The notes under the pieces were generated by a model that ran no database searches, was not told the DNA's origin, and worked only from the letters and a program-made list of their open reading frames with translations. This document shows positions 20,371 through 32,171 of a stretch of 64,000 bases of DNA, piece after piece. Numbering within the stretch: position 1 is the first letter of the stretch; each line of letters starts with the position of its first letter. This DNA is from Selaginella moellendorffii (taxonomy: Eukaryota; Plantae; Lycopodiophyta). Location of the stretch: NCBI RefSeq assembly GCF_000143415.4, contig NW_003314261.1, positions 3,154,880-3,218,879 on the forward strand, in the 5' to 3' direction. A program made the position numbers and the translations under genes.

Positions 20371-22418
20371 CTAGGAAGAATCGTACTGCCGGATAGCTTC
20401 GAAGCACGAACTCGCCTCTCCAAAGCAAAAGCCACCGTCCTGCTGCTTCCTGTCCAGCTCCAAGCACGGCGATGGCACCACCCTCTCCGAGAATCCATAC
20501 GTATTGGAGCAATTCCACGCTCCAGCTCCCACCGACAAGGAGACGTTGGCGAAGCAAAGGTCGCGGAATGGAGCTTCTTCCAGTCCGGCCATGCACCCGG
20601 CCCAGCCGATCTCGTGTCCAACCACGTCCCTGATGGAGATTCCTCGTATCACTGGAAGAGCTCGAGGATCGTAACCATCGTCGGGGTGTCCTCCATACAA
20701 GGCAGTGAAGTCGAAGGCCACGCTTACGTTCTCGAGCTGGAGGTCCGAGATGGAGATGTTGGTGATGTAGCCGCCCCGCCCGGCGCCTGTTTTGATCCGG
20801 ATCCCACTCCTCGAGTTGGCCACCCTCACGCTCTTGATGAAAACGTCGCTGATCCCGCCAGACATCTCGCTGCCAAACGCGATTCCGGCGCTCGTCGGGC
20901 TTTGTCCCGAGACGTTGTGGATGCAAACGTTGGTGCTCGGCATGCCGTAGTTGATGCCGTGCTCGTCCCAGCCGCTTTTGATCGAGATGAGATCGTCCCC
21001 GGTGGAAATGTAGCAGTCCCGGATGCAAACGTTCGACGATGAATCTATATATCTCCGGAAGTTAGAGCTTTCGCTTTGCAAACGCGAGGAACCCAAAAAA
21101 AAGATTTTTTTTTACCGGGATCTATTCCATCGATGTTTGGAGCGTATGGAGGAGCTAAGATGGTCACGTCCTGGATCAAGACGTCGCTGCAAAAGATCAC
21201 GTCAAAGTTTTCTTCCCGAGAGAAGGACATGAAAGAGCAAACCTGCAGTAAACCGGATGGATAGTCCAAAACGGGGAGTTCTTGAACGTAACGTTTGAGA
21301 TTGTGATGTGCCGGGAATCAATGAGCTCCACCAGATGGCCTCTCGTGAAATCCAGTGTCTTGTTGTGGAACCAGTCCCACCACACTGAGCCTTGTCCATC
21401 GATCGTGCCATTCGCGCCTGGAAAGAAGAAAAGGAAGCTTGCGTTTAACGAGGAACTATGCATATCATATCATCGATCAAATGAGGAAGAAACTATAAAA
21501 CTATACCTGTGATAACCACGTCCACCATGTTCTTCCCATGGATCAAGCTAATGTGTCTTCCGCCAGGGAGTTCTCGGCCTCGTCCATACGACGGCAACGC
21601 AGGGATAACTGGCCATTCCAGTAAATCCTGTGAGGGTGGAAAGACTTAGAACTTTGGCGACTAAGAAAAAATTAGTTTTTGGACTGCTCAACAAAGCCTG
21701 ACGCGATGCAGCAAGCTGGACAGCAACCAGAAAGGACTGGTACTTTTTTACACTAGTTTTTCTAGCTCAAACTTGGGCAAAAGTTAAGCTGGAGTAGAAA
21801 ATTCTTGAGACACCCAGGGATGAGCATTGGAACAATCCAAGGATTTAGAGAGAAAAAAAAGAGAATTTTTCCAGAAGGAAAAACTCTGTACCACGCACAG
21901 AAGAACAGTAGCAGTAAAGGCTTGGAGAAAGAGAAATGGGAGAACAAGAAGAGAGAAGAGTAGAAAGCTTTCTCTTCTCTTGCTGTCATGCAATGCAAAT
22001 AGAGGAAGAAGAAGAGAAACACTACCTGAGATCCAAGAATGACCGCCCCTTCCTCGAGAAAGAGCGTGAGATGGCTGGTAAGATTGAAGCTCCCGGTGAG
22101 CCATCGGCCGCGAGGAACGTAGAGCTGCGCGCCGCCCTTGTCCGCGAAGGATTTGAGGTAGAAGATCGCATTCTGGAACGCGAGCGTGTTGACGATCCGG
22201 CCGTCGCCCACTGCGCCAAAATCGGTGATCGACACGCTGTGCGGGCGCTTGGGCAGGCTCCGCGGCGAGCAGCAGCCCGGAGCTGGCGCTGGCGATCCCC
22301 CGCCATGAGGAGCCCTAAGCGAGAATTCTTGATGGGTGTGGCGGTGACGTGGAGATCTGCCCACGCTCGCCTCGACTCGGCCCAGTAGCAGCACAATCAG
22401 GATCGACAGCACACACAT
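20371..22418 (-). CDS. Second GH28 polygalacturonase, multi-exon, convergent with the first
   Basis: RPHSVSITDFGAVGDG, WLTGSFNLTSHLTLFL, GTIDGQGSVWW, SPFWTIHPVYC, APNIDGIDPDSS, GDDLISIKSGWDE, GSEMSGG, RIKT. An extra upstream exon cannot be excluded. Confidence 0.92.
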
Positions 22419-22865
22419 TGCCTGGTCGATCGATCTCCGCGCGGCGCTCGCCCTTGTCCCCCCTCACATCCTCTCCCACTGTCGCGAATCCGGTTGATGG
22501 ACTGGGCGGCAAGATTCTTCTCGGGAGGAGGAAGAGGCGCCAATCGGTCCTAGATCCAGATCGCGGCGGAGGAGAGGAAGGAATTCCAGCCCAATTCTCC
22601 TTGATGGCCGCTACTCCAAACTTCTAAGAGAGGGATTTTTTATGGCATTTAATGAAGGCCTCCTCTCTCTCACCGTACCAGTGACCACTGTTGCCCTGTT
22701 CGTCGGAGAGAGTGTCTCGTTCTCTGGAAGAGCCCTAAAAGCAGGGGAGCGACAACAGCCGTCCGATCTAAAAGCCCTAAAGACAGGGAAAATAGTTTGA
22801 ACCCTTGTTTTTTTACGTGGAAGTCAACACTTGTGAGTACTTCCTGCTTGGACGAGGGATTGGCG

Positions 22866-25800
22866 ATGGCGGTGGAGCGCGAGAGGATTAGGGATGCGAT
22901 CCATTCCACGGCGCTGGTGGACGGCCACGCGCACAATCTCGTCGGTATGGATTCCCACATGCCGCTGCTCCAGGCCTTCTCCGAGTCGCAGGGCGAAGCC
23001 CTCGCGCGATTTGGATCCCAGACGCTGTGCTTCAAGGTAAAGAACCTGCCTGCACGGTCGATTCTTCTGCCTGTAGATTTTCTCTAGGATTGATGCCCCA
23101 AGCACGAAGAGGATTCGATTGCTCTTATTTCTTTTTTGTTGTGCTTGCTCTAGCTAATTGTTCTCCAATTTTTTTGCAGAGAAGCTTGCGAGATCTCTCA
23201 CAGCTATACGGGACCGACGCTTCGCTCGAGAGCATCGAGGCCCATCGACAAGCCGCCGGCTTGGAAGCTCTCACGCGCGAATGCTTCCACGCCGCCGGGA
23301 TTTCAGTGCTGCTACTCGACGATGGACTAGCAATGGACAAAATGAAAGCTCTCGACTGGCACAAGGGATTTGTTCCAGTGGTCCACCGTGTGCTCCGGAT
23401 CGAAATAGTTGCCGAGGCCATCCTAAAAGAGGTAAGGATCCAATCCATTTCTTTGACAGGAGGACAAGTATATTAAATTCGTTTTGGGTGGATTCAGGGC
23501 CCCCCAGGTGGTGTCACTTGGACACTTGATAGTTTTGCCGATCGATTTGTTGGCAGCTTGAAATTATATCCTTTTTTTGCTTCACTTTATATTCGTTTCC
23601 GTGAAAGCTTTCAGCCTTAACTTTGTAAGCACACTCTCGGAAGGAGTTGTGGCATTTAAGAGCATCGCTGCGTACAGGAGTGGCCTTGATATTGATCCCA
23701 CCGTGTCGAGGCGAGATGCCGAGCAAGGACTCGTGCAAGATATGGGTATGAAACTGAAAATGAAGATTGTTTGATTTTGTACGGTATATAATCAACTTTC
23801 TTTGTCTGTGCTGCTGTCTTGCAGTCAGCAGCCCTCTGCGATTAAAAAACAAGCTGCTCTTGAATTTTCTCTTCGTCCTAGCTCTCGAAGTTGCGTGTTC
23901 TCAGGATCTGCCCATGCAAATACATTCGGGGTATGCGTTTATGGTTTGGCGAAAGATAAACTTTTGAACAGAATTTCTCATCCAGGTTTGGCGACAAAGA
24001 TTTAGATCTTCGCTTGTCAAATCCTTTGCACCTGCGAGCTGTTTTGGAAGACGAAAGGTTTAAAAAGTGCCGTCTGGTCCTGCTCCATGCTTCATATCCA
24101 TTTGTTCAGGAGGCTTCGTACTTGGCCAGCGTTTATGCACAAGTAAGTGGTCGCAAACTTTTGAGCTCTTTCCAAAAGGATAGCTATGCAGGTGTATTTG
24201 GACTTTGGCCTTGCTATCCCAAAGCTTAGCATCCGAGGAATGGAAAACACGTTAAGCCAGCTCCTGGAGCTCGCCCCGCTTGATAAGGTATCAAAGTTCC
24301 CATATGACAGACTAGTTCACGTAAAGAATTGATAGCAGACTCGGCTGTAGATGATGTTTAGTACAGATGGATACGCATTTCCGGAAACGTATTATCTTGG
24401 TACGGGGAAGTTTGATACACGCATGTGCATGATCATGCTGGTTCTTACATGTTTAAGCTTTCAGGGACGAAATGGACCCGGGAGGTTTTAACAAAGGTTT
24501 TGTACAACGCTTACGTCGATGGGGATCTCTCTGTTGAAGAGAGCATTGCCGCAGCGGAAGGAATCCTCCAAAAGAACGCCTTGTCTTTCTATAAACTTAA
24601 TGGCGATGCCGCCTCCAGCCCATCTACGGCGGCCATTAAAAAAATGGTGCACGGTAAGGACAAAGTCATGGCAGCGGACAAGGAAATCAAACAAGTCCGG
24701 CTGCTATGGGGAGATGGCTCAGGACAGAGGCGATGTCGGGTAAGCTTTTAAGTTTTGTCAAGTACTATTCACTGATTGCATTGTTTGTAGGTTGTTCCAG
24801 CTGAAAGGTTCAAGACTTCAATTTTAAAGCATGGTGTTGGTCTTGTCGAGTGTGGAATGGCACTTCCGGCTGGAATCGATGCTGTTGCAAAAGGATCCGG
24901 TTTGAGTGCGGTTGGAGAGGTCAGGTTGATGCCAGATCTAGCAACCAAGCGCAGACTACCATGGTAAGCCGCAAACTGGCGTTAAGATTTGTTGTTTTTT
25001 TTTCTCATGTGAGATTTTTTGTAGGTATCCACAACACGAAATAGTCCTTGGAAACATGCACATCGTACCTGGGAGTCCTTGGGAGTGCTGTCCAAGAGGC
25101 ACATTGCAATGCACGCTGGAGATACTGAAAAAGGAGTTTAACCTGGTACCGAAATTAGTTTTCTAACATGTGTTTACATCGAGATTTTGCTGCAGGAAAT
25201 ACGTGTTGGATTCGAAAACGAGTTCTATTTGCTTAAGCCGTCAAAACAGTAAATTTTCATACAAGAAGTGCTGTTTGGCATATTGACTCTTGTTTTTCTC
25301 TGACAGAGGGCCTTTGAACTGGACTGGGCTGGATACTACCAACTATTGCTCCGCAATATCTTTTGATTCCTCGTCACATATCATGGATGACATCTACGAC
25401 TCATTGAAAAAGCTAGATATCGAGGTGGAACAGGTGTGTTTCTACTTTTAAAGTTATGTTTCTTGTTTTACCTTTGCTCTCTTAGATGCATGCAGAAGCA
25501 GGCAATGGACAGTTCGAGATTTCTCTCAACCATTGTCCAGCAAGTACTGCAGCTGATAACGTGCTTTTGCTACGAGACACTGTCAAGTCTATTGCTCTTA
25601 AGCACCATATTAATGCAACATTCTTGCCAAAGTAAGAAACAATCTTCATCTTTCCATCATTTGGAATTTAAAACATTTTAACTTTCCAGGTACTTTGCAA
25701 ATGACCTTGGCTCGGGTTCGCATGTCCACATGAGTCTTTGGGAAGGGGGAGTAAACAAGCTCATGGACGAAACCTCCCGCTACGGCATGTCCCCGCTTGG

Positions 25801-26517
25801 TGAAGAGTTCCTTGCTGGAGTTTTGCACCACCTGCCTTCCATTCTAGCATTTACCGCACCACATCCTAACAGGTAGAGTTGATTGTGATTTGCTCCATTG
25901 CATTGCTTTCTTATATATGTCCTTATAAACTGTTCTTGTGTTGTATGCCAAAGCTACGCACGACTTCGTCCATGCACTTGGAGTGGAGCGTTTCAGTGCT
26001 GGGGCCACAGCAACCGAGAGGCCGCATTGCGCACACTGTCGCCACCGGATGCTGATGGAGTTAGTAACTTCGAGCTCAAAGCTTTCGATGGCATGGCCAA
26101 TCCGCACCTGGGACTTGCGGCGATTGTAGCAGCAGGAATCGATGGTTTGAGGAAACACATGGTTCTTCCCGAAGGAATAAGTAAGTTCTTCTCTTGCAAG
26201 TTGAAAGTTTCTCTTTTAAAACTCCGTGCTCCGTCTCTCTTTTCCAGGCGTCGATCCTTCCACACTTCCGAAAGGCACAGTCCCGAGCCTGCCGTCAGAG
26301 CTAAGCGCCGCGGTGGAAGCTCTCAACGCAAACAAGGACTTGAAGAGCATCCTGGGCGAGAAGCTAGTGAGAGCCATATGCGCCATACGCATGGTAAGCT
26401 GATCGTTTGTTCGGGTGTTTTGACTCTGGACTTTCTTTCTTTCTCCAGTTCGACGTTGATATGTGTAGAAACTCCAACCCGGAGCAATTGCTCGACCAGC
26501 TCGCCGACAGTTTCTAA
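22866..26517 (+). CDS. NodGS: Nodulin/glutamine-synthetase-like protein (FluG-like: amidohydrolase fused to type-I GS domain), many exons
   Basis: LVDGHAHN, AFKSIAAYRSGL, MQIHSGFGDKDLDL, LLHASYPF, FSTDGYAFPE, then the GS domain: GEVRLMPD, GFENEFYLL, HAEAGNGQFE, GSGSHVHMSLW, WGHSNREAALR, NFELKAFDGMANPHL. Confidence 0.93.
23566..23632 (+). other. U12-type (minor spliceosome) AT-AC intron in NodGS
   Basis: Donor ATATCCTTT at 23566, branch point CCTTAAC at 23615-23621, AC acceptor at 23631-23632. Removal gives in-frame FVGSLKL-LSEGVVAFKSIAAY. Confidence 0.88.
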
Positions 26518-27086
26518 AACACCACACTGAGGAGCAAAAGTTAGATTTGCTTTTTGGCTTTGCAACTGACTTTGTGTCGCAACAGCCAAATTGTAAAAGA
26601 TCGTACTAAAAGATCGCTTAAAGTTTTCTCCTGGGAAGAATGTGATGATATGGTAGTTTGACGATGGCACTCGTGCGTATCGCTCGCTCTTTATTTCTTT
26701 TTTTAACTTTCTTTTTCTTTGGAAGAACTTTAGAAGGAAGATCGCTTTTGCTTTTTTTTTTTCTCTTCGTGCACGGATCTTATAATCAAAGAACATTGCG
26801 TGTCTTCGCTTGTATCAAAATTTTCTCCACTTAAAATTTGACCACCTTGGCCTAGCCGACCACCGCGAGACCAGTGTCGGAGGGCCGTACATACGGAGCC
26901 CTCGACACGTGGCGCCACGCGTCCGCGCACACATGATACGGCAGTATCGGACACTGGAATCTTTCTCGCTCTTTAAAATGCGGAGGCTCGTCGCGCAAAC
27001 ATCAGCAAGAAGCAAGAGAGAAGCAAGGAAAAAAAAAAAACAAAAAGAGAAAAAAGTTTTTTGGTAGGAGCGAAAATTTTGGCGCC

Positions 27087-28197
27087 ATGGCAGCATTGAG
27101 CTTAGCATTCGGAATTCTCGGTATGTTAGCTAGAACGAAGAGCAAGAGAAGAGATTTTTTCGTTCTAGCGACGATTTGACGGTGGTGTGTCTATGTGTAA
27201 CAGGGAATCTCATATCAATTTGCTTGTTCTTGTCACCAATGTGAGTTCTTCCTTCTTCCACTTCCTTGGAGATGGTTTCTTTGCTCACAATTGCGGGCTT
27301 TTCACAGACCAACATTCTGGAGGATACACAAGGAGAAATCGACACGAGATTTCTCGTGGCTTCCATACGCGGTCACGCTCCTGAATTGCCTCCTCTGGAC
27401 GTGGTATGGTCTCCCCTGGGTGCAAATAAACATCCCAGTTATCACCATCAACATCAGTGGAGCGATCCTCCAGCTCACGTACGTTTTGATCTACCTCCGC
27501 TACACCACTGCCAAGAAGAAGGTACCTCTCGTGACCAATTCACAGAACCGGTTACCAATCGTTTGGTTTGTCTTTGCTGCTCCTCGAACAGATGAAGATC
27601 GTAGCGAGCTTGATCATCGTACCTCTCTTTGTAGCCGTGATTTTGCTCGTCACCGTCTTTGCGATGACGCAGAAAACCCAGAGGAAGCTGTTTGTGGGAA
27701 TCCTGTGCGTGATCTTCACAACGGGGATGAACGTCGCTCCACTCTCTGTCATGGTAAGAGATCACCACCTGGCTCCAGTAGAACCAAGAAACGTGAAAAG
27801 AAGCTATCTTTTTGTTCTTATCCCTCCGCGGTTTAACTCACTTCCTGTCCCTAAACAGCGAATGGTAATCAGAACGAGAAGCGTGGAATTCATGCCTTTC
27901 TACCTCTCTCTGTTCGTCTTCATCAATGGATGCGCGTGGCTCGTCTACGGCCTCCTCACTTCCGACGTCTTCGTCCTTGTAAGTTGCAGAGTCTAGATTT
28001 GTCTTCGTAAAGTTGGAAGCTTTGCTGACCTCTCGCTATCACAGATTCCCAATGCTCTCGGCGCTTTTCTGGGCGCAATGCAGCTGATCTTGTACGCAAT
28101 CTACAGCCGTGCCACACCCAAAGTCGACGAGGCGGAGCGCCAAACCGGCGAGAAAGACCTCGAGATGCAAAAGTCAGGCAGCGTAAACGGAGTATAG
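27087..28197 (+). CDS. SWEET: SWEET (MtN3/saliva) sugar transporter, 6 exons
   Basis: FGILGNLISICLFLSPIPTFWRI, PYAVTLLNCLLWTWYGLP, VITINISG, APLSVM..VIRTRSVEFMPFYLS, IPNALG..LGAMQLILY. Confidence 0.95.
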
Positions 28198-28538
28198 GAC
28201 GGGGCGAGAGCGTGGTACCAGAAGGGAAACCAATTTTCTCTTGGCCTTCATCTGTACAGCGTAAACTACCAGATTTTGAGAGGATCGCCTCAAAGTTCGA
28301 TCGAAGCGATACTTTCTTTCTAATTGTGATAGAAGTCCCTGCAAATTTGCAAGCTGTTGTTTAAACGTCTCCTCAAAAAGAAACCACGCGGCTCATGCCA
28401 CCAGGAGCATCCCCTTTGGATCTTTATCTCTTTAGCAGCCTCACAGCCACGCAAATCAGACCTGCAATCACACAGGGATGAAATATCTCAAGAACCCTAA
28501 TTTTCTTTAGGTTTGTCGAAATAGGGCTTGTGGAGTTA

Positions 28539-28583
28539 TCCCACATGCCGGAGCTTGGTTTCAAGCCGGAGAGGAGTATATAA
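28539..28583 (+). promoter_or_regulatory. snRNA promoter (USE + TATA) of U5 copy 1
   Basis: TCCCACATGC (USE-like; angiosperm consensus RTCCCACATCG) at 28539 and TATATAA at 28577, 32 bp before the RNA. Confidence 0.85.
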
Positions 28584-28608
28584 AGCGACCAAGAACGCCT
28601 AGTGCACC

Positions 28609-28730
28609 ATACGGGCCGTGTGGTCAGCACAGAGCGAACTATTCTTTCGCCTTTTACTAAAGAATACCGTGTGCTGGCCACATAATAGCGGCATATCCAA
28701 ATTTTTGGAACGCTTCCTCACGGAGGCACC
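28609..28730 (+). ncRNA. U5: U5 spliceosomal snRNA, copy 1
   Basis: Invariant loop I in CTTTCGCCTTTTACTAAAG, stem TGTGGTCAGCACA/TGTGCTGGCCACA, Sm site AATTTTTGG, 3' stem-loop, upstream USE/TATA. Confidence 0.95.
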
Positions 28731-28809
28731 CCCAACAAATCTATAATCTCAAGTTGGATTTACTGATTGCTTGATCATTATATTGTAGAATGTAGTAAGA
28801 GTGTTGTAA

Positions 28810-30474
28810 ATGTTTCTAAGTGAGTGTTACTTTGCAGATTTGATCAGGCGGTGCCGCGGTTGCTTGCGTGATTTGAAGTTCGTCCACGGCGCTATCGTTG
28901 GCAGCGGCCTCGACAGTAGCAGATACCTTGCCAACCTCTTCATCGACGCCTATGGTCGTGCTGGTAGCTTCCAACTCGCCACCCGCACTTTCGACGCCAT
29001 CCAGGTTCCGAACCTCCACTCTTGGAACACTCTCCTCGCGGCACAGGCCCGCACCGGGCACTTGTCACACCTTTCGGCTGCTTTTCACACAATGCCCCAC
29101 CGCGACATTGTCTCGTGGAACACCATGCTGGCTGCGCTTGACTCGTGCCAGGATCTCCGCGTGACTGAAAATTTCTTTCAGAGAATGCCGTGCAGAGACG
29201 TGGTGTCCTGGACGAGCATCTTGCAAGCAAATGCCTGTAGAGGGGATTTTTTGGTCGTGCTTGAAATATTTGGTGCAATGCCCCAGCGCAATGTGGTCAG
29301 CTGGGCGGTGCTAATAGATGCATGCGCGCGAGCGGAGAGTCTTGGCTATGCTACATTAGCATTTTCAAAGATTCCGTGGAGAAATGCAGTGTCCTGTACT
29401 GCAGTCTTTACCACGATTGCCCGCACCGGGCATCATCTGCGAGCAATGAAATGTTTCGAAGGGATGCGAGAAAGAGATGTCGTGTCCTGGACCGTGCTGC
29501 TCCAATCCCTCGTAGACGTGGATTCAATTCAAAAAATCTTTCTTTTGATGCCGCAACGCACTGTGATATCATGGAACATTGTCGTCGCAGCATACGCTTT
29601 AAACGGGCACCTTGTAGAAGCTTGGCAGGAATTTGAATCTATGCTCGAAAGAGATGTAGTCTCCTGGAATCTGCTAATGCGGGCGACTTCTCTGGCGGGT
29701 CAAATCGAGAGCGCAAAGGCTTTCATGGAAAAGATGCCTCAAAGAGATTCCGTCTCGTGGAACACACTGCTTCACTGCTACGTGCAATGCAAGCTCTTGG
29801 CTGAGGCGGAGACCCTCTTCAAGAATATGCCTCAGCGCGACGCGGTATCGTGGAATCTAATCGCCCATGCATTTACCCAGGAAGGGTATCTAGGTGATGC
29901 GAAAGAAACAATAGCAAATATGGCCCAACATGACATTGTCTCGGGGACGATCCAAATCACACTCCTCGCCCAAAGTGGGCATTGCGAGCAAGCGAAAAGC
30001 GTGTTTGACTCGATGCCACTAGTCAACCTGCTGACGTGGACGTCTCTTGTGGAGGCATATGCCCAAAACGGGCATTTGTCGGACGCACTCCACATCGTGT
30101 GGAAGATGTGCTGTGACGGCTGGGAGCCCAACGAGCTGACATTTGGCGCAGTCCTTGTCGGCTACAGCCATGCAGGAATGCTGGAGGATGGGCGACAGTG
30201 CTTCCTGTCGCTGCAGTCCAGCTTTGGGATATCTCCGACACAAGAGCACTACTGCTGCGTGGTGGATTTGCTGGCGCGGTGCAACCAGCTGGGTGACGCC
30301 GAGGAGCTCATCCGGAGCATGCCACTGGTGCCAAGCGCGGCGGCGTGGACGAGCCTGTTGGGAGCTTGCCGGATCAATGGCGACTTCCTGCGAGGAGAGA
30401 TGGTAGCTCGGCAAATGCTCGAGCTCGATGAAGCCACTGCTTACTTGCTGCTTGCAAACACCTTCTCGCAGTGA
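28810..30474 (+). CDS. Intronless PPR protein (SS-repeat-rich PLS class, E domain, no DYW)
   Basis: 31-aa repeats (RDVVSWN...MP) and HYCCVVDLLAR...MPLVPSAAAWTSLLGAC...AYLLLANTF. Confidence 0.9.
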   Translation: MFLSECYFADLIRRCRGCLRDLKFVHGAIVGSGLDSSRYLANLFIDAYGRAGSFQLATRTFDAIQVPNLHSWNTLLAAQARTGHLSHLSAAFHTMPHRDIVSWNTMLAALDSCQDLRVTENFFQRMPCRDVVSWTSILQANACRGDFLVVLEIFGAMPQRNVVSWAVLIDACARAESLGYATLAFSKIPWRNAVSCTAVFTTIARTGHHLRAMKCFEGMRERDVVSWTVLLQSLVDVDSIQKIFLLMPQRTVISWNIVVAAYALNGHLVEAWQEFESMLERDVVSWNLLMRATSLAGQIESAKAFMEKMPQRDSVSWNTLLHCYVQCKLLAEAETLFKNMPQRDAVSWNLIAHAFTQEGYLGDAKETIANMAQHDIVSGTIQITLLAQSGHCEQAKSVFDSMPLVNLLTWTSLVEAYAQNGHLSDALHIVWKMCCDGWEPNELTFGAVLVGYSHAGMLEDGRQCFLSLQSSFGISPTQEHYCCVVDLLARCNQLGDAEELIRSMPLVPSAAAWTSLLGACRINGDFLRGEMVARQMLELDEATAYLLLANTFSQ

Positions 30475-30667
30475 TGCTTTGGTTTTCCTTTTGATGATAC
30501 TGTAGAGAAGGAAGGGCCGGGTTCGAAATCTTTTTTTTTCTCTTGGCAGGAAAAAGAAGGAAAACAAAATATCAGTTTCCCGAAGACACTACCTGATTTT
30601 GTACAGTGTTTCGAGAGGATCGTCCTAGAGTTAACAGCGATGCCTCCGCCACCAAAGGAATTCTTTT

Positions 30668-31841
30668 CTAGCTGAATGTTTGGCTCGAAGTAAAAGCGTC
30701 CCCGTTCTCTCTGCTGCTTCTCCCGTTTCTCTGCTCGGCAGGGCTAAGAAGCGATGGATTGTCATACACTTCCAGCAACTGACTAGCAATCTCTGTACAA
30801 GCAAGAGTTTACGAAATTCTCTACGATTGAGAAAACGAAAGCTTTACCTTCGAGAAGAACAGGAGTTACATCGAGCTCATGCCACCAGAAACGCCCACCT
30901 TCTTCTTCCGGGAGCTTTATCTTGAGCAGCCTCGCGGCCACGTAAATCGCACCAGCGGCAACTTGGCCGGGTTTGAATTGTAAAACGAGTGTTGTCCGAA
31001 GCCTGCAATCGCATCCATCTCAAGGAAAACGAAAACACCCCGGAAGAACTTACCCGTCATTTAGAAAATTCCAGGCCCGCTGTACGAGGTCCTGCTTGAG
31101 AATGCGTAGCCTCTTCAGCGTAGCCACCAGTGGCTTGTGTGGATTTACCACACTTAAATCAAACTCTATCGTTGTGAGAACCAGCCGCTCTCCATACAGC
31201 ACAAGCTGCTTTTCGGAGACATACAAATCCTACACCGCAAGAAAAAAAAGGCCAGGTTTTAGAACAGGAAGAAGAAGAAAAAAACTTCATAGAATCGAAG
31301 CAGTCCTAGAAAAAAGAAAAGATACGAGAAAGAGGTACTATACCCTGTCTTCCATGATTCTTTCCAGAGCTTTGGGGTCGTCTCGGTTACGCAACTCATA
31401 GGAAATAAACACTACCTCTTTGAGATAGCGGTGTGTCTCCTCCACCTTGGTGGCCAGAAGCATGCACGAGGTTGCCACAATCTAAGAAGAACTTGTGTGA
31501 CACAGAGCTCCAAATCCAAAAACCCTAAACCTCGAGAGACTCACCAGGCAATTGTTCCTCAGCAGCGACTGGCGCGTGTAGAAGCGATGGCAAAATGTGA
31601 TTGCGGTGGCGACGGTCATCTGCGACCTGGAGAGATTTTCCCAGCTCGCTCATAGCCTAGGGCAAAAACGAAAACAAGGGGAAGGGGAGCAAAATCCTTA
31701 CACTTGGAGCTTCTTGCCCAGCTCCTGCGCGAAGGTGGAGTAGTAGCCCCGGTAGGACGCCTCCGTGCGCGCATCCATCCCATCTTGCAATGACGGCGAT
31801 TTGCGTTCTAGCTCGTCTTTCGAAAACAACCACGTTGTCAT
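30668..31841 (-). CDS. CYCT: Cyclin T-like (P-TEFb cyclin T/K family), multi-exon
   Basis: Spliced translation: [21 protein letters not shown]...[21 protein letters not shown]...[10 protein letters not shown]...[18 protein letters not shown]...[16 protein letters not shown]. Missed by the ORF track because exons are short. Confidence 0.9.
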
Positions 31842-31977
31842 CGCCCGGGTTTGAATCGCTTAAACATTACTAAGGGGCCCTCTCGCTCGCAACGGGAATC
31901 GAACTCCCAGTTGCTATAATAGAATATACTAATAGCCCTAAATCGTCCTAGGGCTGGGACTAGGGCTCGTCAAGTTA

Positions 31978-32023
31978 TCCCACATGCCGCGGTTTACTTT
32001 CATGCAATGCAGTGGGTATATAA
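31978..32023 (+). promoter_or_regulatory. snRNA promoter (USE + TATA) of U5 copy 2
   Basis: AGTTATCCCACATGCCG is identical to copy 1; TATATAA at 32017. Confidence 0.85.
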
Positions 32024-32049
32024 CATGGACGAAGGCTTATTTTTCAATC

Positions 32050-32171
32050 ACACAAGCCGTGTGGTCACCGCAGAGCGAACTATTCTTTCGCCTTTTACTA
32101 AAGAATACCGTGTGTTGGCCACATAATAGCGGCATATCCAAATTTTTGGAACGCTTCCTCACGGAGGCACC
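32050..32171 (+). ncRNA. U5: U5 spliceosomal snRNA, copy 2
   Basis: Near-identical to copy 1 (loop I, Sm site, 3' stem), with a few substitutions at the 5' end and in stem I. Confidence 0.95.

Noticed and set aside
30515-30530. GGTTCGAAATC B-box-like motif
   Set aside because: Isolated motif with no cloverleaf.
31885-31915. tRNA T-arm/B-box-like hairpin (GGGAGTTCGATTCCC on the minus strand)
   Set aside because: No A box, D arm, anticodon arm or proper acceptor stem; loop geometry is not canonical.
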